Positions 23,911-32,910 are shown, counted from the stretch's first letter. The stretch is DNA of 40,600 nt from Candidatus Nanoarchaeia archaeon (GCA_035655475.1 DASRUK010000109.1:1-40600); one strand, 5' to 3'. Notes: generated by a model from the sequence alone, not told the origin. Translations and numbers: made by a program.

Positions 23911-25773
23911 ATGGGCTTTTTTACGATTTTACTCTTTTTTGTTTACTCATGGGGCCTTGGCTACTCAATCACGTTCTTTCTTAGAAATTCAGATAACTTT
24001 TTTGAAAGAAACATAATGAGGGTTGGAATAGGGTTGGGCGTTCTCCCTATCCTTGCGGTTATCTTGAACCTTGTAAGGATACCTCTTGACTGGAAGATTA
24101 TGCTTGTGTTAAGCCTCGCCATCCCGGTAATTTATCTGATCAATCATTTTAGGAATATCAAGCTTGCAAATCCATTCAAGGTTAGCAAATCAAACGTGTA
24201 TATATTTATCGTTTTGCTCATGTTTCTGGCATTGTTTGGCATGTATCATAAGGGATCTTTTGCATACCCCTATCTTGAAGACGGGGATCCCTGGCTTTAT
24301 GCTGTCGCAGCCAAATATATAGCTGTCCATGATACCTATTCAAAACCTGTCGATATGTTTGGCTCTGAGTATGAGATCTCACATTATACAGAGCCCTATC
24401 CTGCTGCTTATAACATCCTGATGGGTATCCTCCATCAGACATCGCCCTCTATAAATTGGACACTGAAATTCTTCAATGCCCTTATGCTCTCATTATCCCT
24501 TGTTTTTTTCTATTTTTTTGTCAAAAGGTTCAGCCAGAACAAGAATTTGGCGCTTGCCTCGACGTTTGTTATGCTGGTCATTCCGTGCTTTCTTGGGCAT
24601 TTTATCTTTTCCCAGGTGCTCGGAGTCATGCTTTTCTTTCCAGCGCTTTACTGCCTTGCCATGATAGAGGATGACAAGAAGTGGGCTTTTGTTTCAGCAG
24701 CGCCCATTGCAAGCATCCTCTTCTCTCAGCTGGTCACTGCAGCAGTCTTTGCGATTATTTTTGCCGTGCCCTATTTCATTGTCATATTATTCAAAAAAAA
24801 GGAGCTAAGAAAATACTTTATCCTTGCAGGATTGCTTGGTGCAGCCCTGTCCTTATCATATTGGGGAGAGATGGTATACAAATTTGGTTATGAAGGGGTC
24901 AGATATCAAAACAGCATGGGTAGCCAGACCCCTTTCAAGGTAGGGGGTACTTTGGGAGATATATACGGTTGGGATGATTTCATCTACGGAGCTTATTATG
25001 GTAACTCCCTGTTTAGCATCAGATGGGCAAATGCGATCGACAGTCCGATCGGGCTTGGATGGTTTTTGTTTGCCTTGCTGCTAATCTCCTTTGTCTTGGT
25101 GATAATCCAGGCAAGAAAAATTGTAGGTGAAAAGCCATGGCTGCTTATATCTACAATATGGCTTATCCTTACTTACGTTAATATACGCAGTGGCGCTCTT
25201 CCTGTAGGATTCGTTCCCCACAGATCCTGGACTTTTTTTGCAATCCCTGTTTCAATCATTGCTGGTTATGGAATTATCGCAATCCTCAGCCTGCTGGAGT
25301 CAAAAGAGAAAAAAGCCCTTGCACTGGTAGTTGTGATCACTTTATTGTTGGTGACCTCAGGATACCCAAAATACTATGTAAATACTGTGCCTTGGCCCCA
25401 GCATAGGCTTTTTCCTGACATGAATGGAGAGCTTGGCGGTTATTTGTGGCTTAATGGTCTGCCGGTGGACACAATGGTTACAAGCCTTTGCAGGACAGAT
25501 GATGTCGTCATAGGCTTTGATAAGATGAGCACAGCCCAGTGGGACAGGAGTCAGATCGACTTCAAGAAGCATTTGGTAAATTATAGCTCTGTAGAGATTA
25601 GCGAACACCTTAAAAAGAATAAGTACCAATTTGCAGTCATTGACAGCCAGTGTGTTGAAAGGTTTGGCATCAATGAAACAAACACAAAACTTAATGAGAT
25701 GGTCGGCTCAGGATTATTTATATCCGTGCTGCCGCAAAATTTCAATGGGATTGTCATCCTTAAGGTTTTTTGA
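23911..25773 (+). CDS. Large polytopic membrane protein, GT-C-like glycosyltransferase candidate (function unknown)
   Basis: About 14 predicted TM segments, an acidic loop motif YPYLEDGDPWLY, and a ~110-aa soluble C-terminal domain. I chose the in-frame ATG 23911 on TATA spacing; the track start is 23842. Confidence 0.65.
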   Translation: MGFFTILLFFVYSWGLGYSITFFLRNSDNFFERNIMRVGIGLGVLPILAVILNLVRIPLDWKIMLVLSLAIPVIYLINHFRNIKLANPFKVSKSNVYIFIVLLMFLALFGMYHKGSFAYPYLEDGDPWLYAVAAKYIAVHDTYSKPVDMFGSEYEISHYTEPYPAAYNILMGILHQTSPSINWTLKFFNALMLSLSLVFFYFFVKRFSQNKNLALASTFVMLVIPCFLGHFIFSQVLGVMLFFPALYCLAMIEDDKKWAFVSAAPIASILFSQLVTAAVFAIIFAVPYFIVILFKKKELRKYFILAGLLGAALSLSYWGEMVYKFGYEGVRYQNSMGSQTPFKVGGTLGDIYGWDDFIYGAYYGNSLFSIRWANAIDSPIGLGWFLFALLLISFVLVIIQARKIVGEKPWLLISTIWLILTYVNIRSGALPVGFVPHRSWTFFAIPVSIIAGYGIIAILSLLESKEKKALALVVVITLLLVTSGYPKYYVNTVPWPQHRLFPDMNGELGGYLWLNGLPVDTMVTSLCRTDDVVIGFDKMSTAQWDRSQIDFKKHLVNYSSVEISEHLKKNKYQFAVIDSQCVERFGINETNTKLNEMVGSGLFISVLPQNFNGIVILKVF

Positions 25774-27196
25774 ATGGCTGGATGAACTGTTTTAGTATGT
25801 CTATTTCTTCGTTTCCTATGCCTTTTATCGATAGCAGTACTAATGCATACGTTGCGATCGCTATTGGAAGTATGATAAATAGATTAAGCCCTCTGATAAT
25901 ATAGATGACAATTCCCATCGCTATGCCTGCGACCAAAGGCTTTATAATCACTTTTTTAAGGCCAACTCGATATCCGTTCGCTGAACAATAATGGTATAAG
26001 AATAAAAAACTTATCACTTGGGTGAGGACTGTTGCTATAGATGCACCGATTATTGAGTATCTAGGGATGAGGATAAAGTTCAGCAATAGATTTCCTCCGG
26101 CAGCTGCTGCTGCGGTATAGGTAAACAGCCTCTGCTTGTCGATCGAGTTTAGAAGGTAGCCCATAAGGTAATTTACAAACAGAAGCACCTCTGTCCATAT
26201 AAGTATCTGCAGCGCAGGCACCGATGCAAGAAAGGGTTCTTTGTAGATGAGGAGGATTATCTTGTCAGCAAGAACAACTGCTCCTATGCCGATGGGCAGG
26301 CCGACGACGAATAAGTAGTAAAATGACCTATGGTATAACATCTGAAGTTTGCCTTTTTCATTTAGATGAAGATGGGACATCGTGGGAAATATCGCTGCCA
26401 CAGCTGCAAATGATATGAACGAGAATGCATCGACTATCTTGTATGCCGCGCTGTAAAGGCCTGCTGTCGCATAATCTTTCATGCTAGTCAGCATGACAAC
26501 GTCCATCTTGTAATAGATGGTCATAAAAAATACAGTAAACCAGAAAGGAAGTGATCTTTTGACAAAGAATTGCCAAAATTTAGGGTTCATCTTAAATCTT
26601 ATCTTGGCAAACTTTTTAGATACCACATACATGGAAAAACCGAGGCTTGCTGAATAAGATATCACCAGCACGATAAACAATGATATCAAGCCATATCCTT
26701 TCAATATCAAAATGGATCCTATGATGACTGCAATGAGGCGCTCGATTACGTTTGCTGCTGAATAAAACTCCATCCTTTCAAAAGCAGAGAATACATTCTT
26801 GAATATCAGCGAAAAGCTGTCAAGGAAGAGTGTGATCGAGGAAAGCATGACTAGGATTATAACATCTGTCGACTCTGCAAGAAAGAAGATGGCGATCGTG
26901 GATGCGATCAACGGAAGGCTGCCGATAAAAAGCTTCAGCACAACCAGGTTCATCAGGTACTCCTGGGCCTTTTGCCTATCCCTTGACACTTCCCGGGTCA
27001 TAAGGGTTGTCACTCCTAGATCAGAGAAGATGAAAAATAATCCCGAGAATGCAAAGGCAAACGAATATTTGCCAAGGCCGACATCTCCGAGGTATCTTGC
27101 AATCAAGACAAATAGCAGGAAGGAAAGCACCCTGCCCAGGGTGTCTGCAAAAAGCAGGCTCCCGACGTTCTTGGCTACAATTTTGGCTGTTGGCAT
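25760..27196 (-). CDS. Wzx/MOP-superfamily oligosaccharide/polysaccharide flippase
   Basis: The N-terminus MPTAKIVAKNVGSLLFADTLGRVLSFLLFVLIARYLG is typical of polysaccharide-biosynthesis (Wzx/RfbX) proteins, and there are ~14 TM segments. I chose ATG 27196 on TATA spacing; the track start is 27295. Confidence 0.85.
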   Translation of the reverse strand: MPTAKIVAKNVGSLLFADTLGRVLSFLLFVLIARYLGDVGLGKYSFAFAFSGLFFIFSDLGVTTLMTREVSRDRQKAQEYLMNLVVLKLFIGSLPLIASTIAIFFLAESTDVIILVMLSSITLFLDSFSLIFKNVFSAFERMEFYSAANVIERLIAVIIGSILILKGYGLISLFIVLVISYSASLGFSMYVVSKKFAKIRFKMNPKFWQFFVKRSLPFWFTVFFMTIYYKMDVVMLTSMKDYATAGLYSAAYKIVDAFSFISFAAVAAIFPTMSHLHLNEKGKLQMLYHRSFYYLFVVGLPIGIGAVVLADKIILLIYKEPFLASVPALQILIWTEVLLFVNYLMGYLLNSIDKQRLFTYTAAAAAGGNLLLNFILIPRYSIIGASIATVLTQVISFLFLYHYCSANGYRVGLKKVIIKPLVAGIAMGIVIYIIRGLNLFIILPIAIATYALVLLSIKGIGNEEIDILKQFIQPFKKP

Positions 27197-27217
27197 AAAT
27201 GTAGATATGAAGAAAAC

Positions 27218-27230
27218 CTTTATAAATTCT
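27218..27230. promoter_or_regulatory. Single palindromic TATA core (TTTATAAA) shared by divergent genes
   Basis: The centre at 27222.5 lies exactly 26.5 nt from both ATG 27196 (minus) and ATG 27249 (plus). Confidence 0.5.
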
Positions 27231-27248
27231 TTGCTATGATTAGGACCG

Positions 27249-28175
27249 ATGACACTCGGTAAGGCAAGGATCTTTTCCATCGCTGCAGTTATCATAGCGG
27301 CTGTTCTTGCCTTTCTTTACCTTCAAAAAAATCCTTATGATTTTAAGGGATTGACTTTCCAGGTTTTTCTGGTTTTATCCATCTTCTCCTGGATATCAGC
27401 GATCCTAAACGGGATAAGGGTCAAGATATTCTGCGACATCTTCAACATCGGGCTTTCCTTTAAGGAATGGTTCGGCCTGTCGCAGGTCACTTCCATGGGA
27501 AATTATCTAACTCCATTCAAGGGAGGAACCTCGCTTAGGGCTATCTACCTAAAAAAGCATTATGACTTTCCGTATAACCAGTTCATCGCGACGATGGCTT
27601 CGACGGCGGTCATTTCCTTTGCCGTCTATGGATTGCTTGGTTTGATATCTCTTATCTTTATTTTTGCCGCAACCAATACCTTCAATAGCCTGCTTTTTGC
27701 GATATTCTCTATCTGCACGTTTGGTTCTCTTGTGATCTTCATCTTTCCTCACAGCATCATCACAAGGTTGTTTACAAGGGGATTTCTTGCAGGATACATA
27801 GCTAAGATTCTGGAAGGGTGGTCCATAATCAAGAATAAGCCTTCAGGGATAATCAAGCTGATTGCGATCGAGGTTTTGTTTTCTGCGGCATTTGCATTCA
27901 GCATATTCTTTGCGTTCCGTGCAGTCGGATTTCGCTTGCCGTTCATCTACTGCATGATTGTGGCAGTCATATCAAATATCTCAATAATATTTCAGATAAC
28001 CCCTGCAGGGCTTGGCGTCAGGGAAGCAGTGACTGTGTGGGCCTCATCTCTTTTTGGGGCAGGTATCGCTCTCCCGTTGAACGTTGCTCTACTTGTCAGG
28101 CTTGTTGCTTTTATTTGGGTTGTTCCCTTTGGGATGATATACGGATTTATGCTTCTTGGTAAAAAGAGGCAGTAA
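27249..28175 (+). CDS. UPF0104 / lysylphosphatidylglycerol-synthase-TM-region-like (flippase-like) membrane protein
   Basis: A 308-aa ORF with ~8 TM segments. It has the characteristic TPAGLGVREA motif near the C-terminal third. Confidence 0.6.
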   Translation: MTLGKARIFSIAAVIIAAVLAFLYLQKNPYDFKGLTFQVFLVLSIFSWISAILNGIRVKIFCDIFNIGLSFKEWFGLSQVTSMGNYLTPFKGGTSLRAIYLKKHYDFPYNQFIATMASTAVISFAVYGLLGLISLIFIFAATNTFNSLLFAIFSICTFGSLVIFIFPHSIITRLFTRGFLAGYIAKILEGWSIIKNKPSGIIKLIAIEVLFSAAFAFSIFFAFRAVGFRLPFIYCMIVAVISNISIIFQITPAGLGVREAVTVWASSLFGAGIALPLNVALLVRLVAFIWVVPFGMIYGFMLLGKKRQ

Positions 28176-28235
28176 TCAGTGACTTTAAATTATTGTTTAG
28201 TAAATTTTTTAAGTAAATCCCTACTATCCACATCG

Positions 28236-30017
28236 ATGCATAATCTTTTCAACAGGCACAAGGATAGGATAAAAATATATTCCATACTCATCGGGATGGT
28301 GCTGTTGTACATGCTTGTGAAGGGATATTCATTTTATGCATCAGATCCTTATGAATATGTTCCAAGCATCCAGAAATTTATTGATAATGATTATCTAAAG
28401 AATGATTGGTTCCTGAACACGCAGACTGGTTTTAATGTCAGGACATACTTTTATTACTTGATATCTTTTTTCCTGCCAGTGCTTTCGATCAAGAGTACTT
28501 TTCTACTGCTTTTTATAGTCAATACCTTCTTTCTTGTCCTTGGGATATTCTATATATCCCAGCTTTTGTTCAAGGACAGGCTAAGTTCCTATCTATCCTG
28601 CTTTTTGGTCCTCTTCAGCGTATGGAAGCTCATAGGTGATTTTGCGATAATTGCCCCTTTCTTCACACCTTCCCACATATCGATCACTCTTTCCATATGG
28701 GCGCTTTTTTTTTTCCTCAGGAAAAGGTACAATATCATGTTCCTTATGCTTGGCCTGTCCACTTTCCTGCACCTGCTTATCGGGATTAGTGCCCTTATCC
28801 TTTTATCTACAGTGATACTTGTCAGGGATCGTTTTTCAAGCATAAAGATATTTGCCGTAGGCTCTGTGTTCTATTCGCCAGCCCTGCTTAGCATCATACC
28901 TTTGCTGTTAATCGAATTTTCTCAAAGAAGCAGCGCAAGTGAGGTTATCTTGACATTTGCATGGATCAGGATTCCATGGCATCTTATCCCTTCCCAATTC
29001 AGTCTGATATCATACATCAGCTTTTCTATACTCACTTTATTATTTTTATATTCACTAAGAGATGCCGGAAAATCAAAGATGAACCATGATATCTATCTCA
29101 TGTTGATCTGCGCAGCGATCTACTTTTTCCTGGGTTATTTATTGGTTGAGGTGTTCCCAATAGAGCTGGCTATGAAGCTTCAATTTTTCAGGATGATAAT
29201 ACTTGTCAGGATAATACTGCTTATCTATATTGCAAACCACTTTAGCAAAAGTTTTGCGTCATCCCCATCAGTGTTGCTGGCCATTACCTTAGCATCCTTA
29301 TTTGACCATATATTGATTGTGATCGTCCCATTTTATCTGATATATGAGTTATTTATCAAGAAAAAATTTGCAGGCTATACCTCAACTATGTCATACGCCT
29401 GCCTGGCGAGCATAGGGCTTACTTTCTTTGCTTTTATCCTTTTTGGCAAAAATTTCATCTCATCAGAATTTTTCCGAAGGATATTCTCGGATTACCTGTG
29501 GATCTTCTTTATTCTTGCTGTATATTATATCCATACACTTAGAAAAATGAAGATATACAAACTTGTAATCCCTTCTGTGGCGATTGCTTTCTGCATTCTT
29601 TCTATAGCTGTCATCGCCCAGTTTAAGTCACTGGAGCCTGAAAAAGATAACATGTATTCATGGATAAGACAAAACACTCCTGATGACTCTGTTTTTTTGA
29701 TTCCTCCTTACCTTGAAGATTTCAGGGTAAAAGCAATGCGTGCCATAGTGGTCGATTTTAAGTCCATGCCTTTTCAAAGTGACCAGATGATAGAATGGAG
29801 AAACAGGCTTTCTGATATAACCAGTAACATCGAGTTCAGATCAGCAATAAACCGAAAAAACGAGCTTAAGGTAGGCTTTGAAAGCCTTACCAAAGAGGAT
29901 ATTGCACGTCTGCAGGATAAGTATGGTTTCCAGTATATTCTGATTGAAAAACCAATGAGACTACAACAGAAAAGTATTTACGAAAACGCAAAATATGCCC
30001 TTTATTCTACTTCTTGA
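28236..30017 (+). CDS. Large polytopic membrane protein with C-terminal soluble domain; GT-C-like or polymerase-like (function unknown)
   Basis: About 14 TM segments and a C-terminal ~130-aa soluble domain (YSWIRQNTPDDSVFLIPP...FKSMPF). ATG 28236 is preceded by an AT-rich TATA-like stretch at 28203-28218. The alternative GTG 28179 lies 3 nt after the upstream stop. Confidence 0.65.
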   Translation: MHNLFNRHKDRIKIYSILIGMVLLYMLVKGYSFYASDPYEYVPSIQKFIDNDYLKNDWFLNTQTGFNVRTYFYYLISFFLPVLSIKSTFLLLFIVNTFFLVLGIFYISQLLFKDRLSSYLSCFLVLFSVWKLIGDFAIIAPFFTPSHISITLSIWALFFFLRKRYNIMFLMLGLSTFLHLLIGISALILLSTVILVRDRFSSIKIFAVGSVFYSPALLSIIPLLLIEFSQRSSASEVILTFAWIRIPWHLIPSQFSLISYISFSILTLLFLYSLRDAGKSKMNHDIYLMLICAAIYFFLGYLLVEVFPIELAMKLQFFRMIILVRIILLIYIANHFSKSFASSPSVLLAITLASLFDHILIVIVPFYLIYELFIKKKFAGYTSTMSYACLASIGLTFFAFILFGKNFISSEFFRRIFSDYLWIFFILAVYYIHTLRKMKIYKLVIPSVAIAFCILSIAVIAQFKSLEPEKDNMYSWIRQNTPDDSVFLIPPYLEDFRVKAMRAIVVDFKSMPFQSDQMIEWRNRLSDITSNIEFRSAINRKNELKVGFESLTKEDIARLQDKYGFQYILIEKPMRLQQKSIYENAKYALYSTS

Positions 30018-31320
30018 TCGCTCTTAGTATGAGTTCAGACCCAAAGACATACCTCGAGCCCACCACATTAAAACCGTGCTTACCCAGCAATTTTTTAAGG
30101 GATTTTCTTGAATAAGGAGATATATGCTCATCTGCATAGGCATTTGGAAGGATTTTGCTATATATCCATTCGATGATATGCCAGGATGCCCTGCTATAGT
30201 CAGGTGTGCCTAAGATCAGTATACCTCCTCTTTTTAGGACTCTTGTGATCTCAAGGAAAGGTTGCTCTCCTTTTTGCAGATGCTCGATCACTTCAGAGCA
30301 GATGATGCAATCAATCGAATCACTTTTCAGAGGTAGGTTAAATATGGATGCCTGCAAAAGATTCTTGTTCTTGCTCCTTAAAAACATCAGTTTCTTGAGC
30401 ATGATATCGATCCCGATCGAATTATTTAGTTGTTGTATAAGCTTGTTTGAACCGCACCCGATATCTACGATCAACGGTTTTTCAGATGGTCTAAACGATT
30501 GAGCTAGAAAACTCATTATTACTTTATGCCTTGCTCTCTGCCAAAGTCTTTGGGGCAGTATTTTGCTATTATAAGCCCTGTCATCATAATCTGCTGCCTC
30601 TATCGAATTTCTCATCTTCCACATCTTCCCTAAAGTGATCAGGTAAGAGCAGGCAAATTTTGCTAACTTGGCCTTAGACTTTCCAAATTTTCTTGGCCTG
30701 TAATAGAAAGGTTCCTCTTTTATAATCCAGCCATTGTTATAAGCCTGTACCACTATCTCTTGAAGGATATTGAAGTCTGTCCCTTTTAGCTGCAGGCTTT
30801 CACCCACGACCTCTTTCTTATACATGCGATATCCGCTGGAAAGGTCCTTAAGTGGCAGCGACAGTGCTCTCGCAAAAAATGCATTTAAAGATTTGCTGAG
30901 AAAAGTTCTTGACAATGACATCTTGGCTTTGCCTCCCTTGACATATCTTGAGGCGATGATGATGTCTGCATATGATCTTTGCATCCAAAGATTTTTTATG
31001 AAAACAGGATCATGGCTCATATCAGAATCCATTGTTAGGACATAGTCCCCCTTTGCCAAGGCAAAACCTTCAAGAAGTGCTCCCCCATATCCCTTGCTTT
31101 TCTGTATGATAACCTTTGCACCCTCTTTTGCCGCTTCTTTTACAGTATTATCTCTTGAACCTCCGTCTACCACAATAACCTCAAATTTGATATTCAATGC
31201 CTGCAATTGGCTTTTTACCCGGCGGATAAGTTCGCCAACATTATTTTGCTCATTATATGAGGGTAAGATGACCGAGAGCGATTCAGCGCCTTTCAAATTT
31301 CCATACCCCCTTGCTTTCAC
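30007..31320 (-). CDS. Bifunctional GT2 (Dpm1-like polyprenyl-phosphate glycosyltransferase) + class I SAM methyltransferase fusion
   Basis: The N-terminal half has LSVILPSYNEQ...VIVVDGGSRDNT...TMDSDMSHDP. The C-terminal half has IVDIGCGSNK...DCIICSEVIEHL...LKRGGILILGTPD. The start is uncertain: ATG 31392 and 31362 overlap the GNAT gene by 110 and 80 nt, GTG 31320 by 38 nt, and TTG 31296 by 14 nt. Confidence 0.8.
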   Translation of the reverse strand: MKARGYGNLKGAESLSVILPSYNEQNNVGELIRRVKSQLQALNIKFEVIVVDGGSRDNTVKEAAKEGAKVIIQKSKGYGGALLEGFALAKGDYVLTMDSDMSHDPVFIKNLWMQRSYADIIIASRYVKGGKAKMSLSRTFLSKSLNAFFARALSLPLKDLSSGYRMYKKEVVGESLQLKGTDFNILQEIVVQAYNNGWIIKEEPFYYRPRKFGKSKAKLAKFACSYLITLGKMWKMRNSIEAADYDDRAYNSKILPQRLWQRARHKVIMSFLAQSFRPSEKPLIVDIGCGSNKLIQQLNNSIGIDIMLKKLMFLRSKNKNLLQASIFNLPLKSDSIDCIICSEVIEHLQKGEQPFLEITRVLKRGGILILGTPDYSRASWHIIEWIYSKILPNAYADEHISPYSRKSLKKLLGKHGFNVVGSRYVFGSELILRAIKK

Positions 31321-31654
31321 GGACCATCCGAAAGCCGCTTGCTTCCCAAAATTTAACAGCATCCTTCCTGTTTGTCTCTGAGAAAAGCGCATGGCTTGGG
31401 ATCAGTTTTTTTCCGATGCCCTTACCCCTATGTAAAGCATTCACGCATAACCTATAGATCGATCTGTCCCTTAGGAAGATAAATCCAGCCAAGTCACCGT
31501 TTGCCTTCGCGACCAGGATATCCCAGCCAGGAACGACAGGCGACAGGACCACCTGCTTGAAAAATCCCCACTTGGTAAATCTTTCCTTGTTGCTTAAGTG
31601 ATACATCCTAAGGTAATCACTTGGTCTGGGGCAGGATATTACCACTTTCTCCAT
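31283..31654 (-). CDS. GNAT-family N-acetyltransferase
   Basis: A 123-aa ORF. It has the acetyl-CoA-binding motif LCVNALHRGKGIGKKLI (Q/R-x-x-G-x-G/A) and a C-terminal AVKFWEASGF block. Confidence 0.8.
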   Translation of the reverse strand: MEKVVISCPRPSDYLRMYHLSNKERFTKWGFFKQVVLSPVVPGWDILVAKANGDLAGFIFLRDRSIYRLCVNALHRGKGIGKKLIPSHALFSETNRKDAVKFWEASGFRMVRESKGVWKFERR

Positions 31655-31674
31655 AGGCTATCCAGAGAACAGGG

Positions 31675-31689
31675 CATATTTTAAATTAG
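31675..31689 (-). promoter_or_regulatory. TATA-box-like element for the GNAT / GT2-MTase operon
   Basis: The TTTAAA core at 31680-31685 is centred ~28.5 nt from the minus-strand ATG 31654. Confidence 0.45.
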
Positions 31690-31709
31690 TTTGTATTTTA
31701 TAATTGATA

Positions 31710-31723
31710 AGTTTTATAAACAA
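31710..31723 (+). promoter_or_regulatory. TATA-box-like element (AGTTTTATAAACAA) for the SDR gene at 31745
   Basis: The centre lies ~29 nt upstream of ATG 31745. Confidence 0.45.
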
Positions 31724-31744
31724 TTATGAGTCACAATATCTTCC

Positions 31745-32863
31745 ATGAGCAGGAAAATTCTTGTTACAGGGGGAGCCGGTTTCATTGGTTCTTTTATTGT
31801 GGACAAGCTCATAGAGCAAGGCAACGACGTCAGGATATTTGATAGTCTTGAGCCTCAGGTCCATGGTGATAAGATGCCTGACTATCTTGATCCCAAGGCT
31901 GAATTCATAAGAGGGGACGTAAATGATGCAGGTGCTTTGAAGGATGCTGTTTCAGATATGGATGTTGTCTTTCATATGGCTGCTTTGGTGGGAGTAGGGC
32001 AAAGCATGTATCAGATAAAGCGTTATGTCGAGGCAAATACCCTTGGCACCTCAAATCTGCTGGACATACTTGTTAACTCAGAGCATGATGTAAAAAAGCT
32101 GGTTGTTGCAAGTTCCATGAGTACCTATGGAGAAGGCAGCTATGAATGTGAAAACTGTGGCGAGGTCCATCCGCCTTTAAGGCCTGAGAGCCAGATGCAG
32201 AAGAATGACTGGGAGCTGCATTGCCCTGTATGTGATAAGCATTGCAAGCCGATCCCCACAAAGGAATCAAAAACCCAAGAAGTTAATTCGATTTATGCGA
32301 TAACAAAGAAAGATCAGGAAGACATGGTTCTTAATATTGGAAAGACATATGGCATTCCTTCTGTTGCTTTGCGCTTCTTCAATGTTTATGGGCCAAGGCA
32401 AAGCCTCAGCAATCCTTACACAGGTGTAGCTGCCATATTCATGAGCAGGATAAAGAATGCAAATCCCCCTATCATCTTTGAAGACGGCAACCAAAGCAGG
32501 GATTTCATATCTGTGCATGATATCGCAGATGCAAACATCCTTGCGATGAAGCACCAAAGTGCTGACTATGAGGTGTTCAACGTAGGGACCGGAAATAAGA
32601 TAAGCATCCTCGAGGTGGCTGAGACTATATCACGATTGTATAAAAAAAGTATCATGCCTAAACTTGCATACAAGTTCAGGAAAGGGGATGTAAGGCATTG
32701 TTTTGCCGACATATCAAAGATAAGGGATAAGATTGGATTTGATCCCAAGGTAAGCTTTAGCGCGGGTATGGGGGAGCTTATCGATTGGGCAGGCTCAGTC
32801 GATGCTGTCGATAGGGTTGATGATGCTACAGACGAGCTTCAAAAAAAAGGACTGTTAAGCTGA
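31745..32863 (+). CDS. Extended-SDR NAD-dependent sugar-nucleotide epimerase/dehydratase with a four-Cys (zinc-ribbon-like) insertion
   Basis: It has [19 protein letters not shown] and Y-x3-K (IYAITKKD). Between the Ser and Tyr lies the insertion CENCGEVHPP...HCPVCDKHC (nt ~32141-32250). Confidence 0.9.
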   Translation: MSRKILVTGGAGFIGSFIVDKLIEQGNDVRIFDSLEPQVHGDKMPDYLDPKAEFIRGDVNDAGALKDAVSDMDVVFHMAALVGVGQSMYQIKRYVEANTLGTSNLLDILVNSEHDVKKLVVASSMSTYGEGSYECENCGEVHPPLRPESQMQKNDWELHCPVCDKHCKPIPTKESKTQEVNSIYAITKKDQEDMVLNIGKTYGIPSVALRFFNVYGPRQSLSNPYTGVAAIFMSRIKNANPPIIFEDGNQSRDFISVHDIADANILAMKHQSADYEVFNVGTGNKISILEVAETISRLYKKSIMPKLAYKFRKGDVRHCFADISKIRDKIGFDPKVSFSAGMGELIDWAGSVDAVDRVDDATDELQKKGLLS

Positions 32864-32876
32864 AAATTCTACCATA

Positions 32877-32892
32877 AGATTTTTATATTATC
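32877..32892 (+). promoter_or_regulatory. TATA-box-like element (GATTTTTATATTATCC)
   Basis: The centre lies ~26 nt upstream of ATG 32911. Confidence 0.4.
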
Positions 32893-32910
32893 CCCGGTTG
32901 CTATGATTCC

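Noticed and set aside
24961-24990. YGWDDFIYG in the 23911-25773 membrane protein, which superficially resembles the WWDYG motif of AglB/STT3 oligosaccharyltransferases.
   Set aside because: In STT3/AglB the motif follows the last TM helix at the start of a large soluble C-terminal domain. Here it lies mid-protein, followed by at least four more TM segments, and the double Trp is missing. It is not called as an OST.
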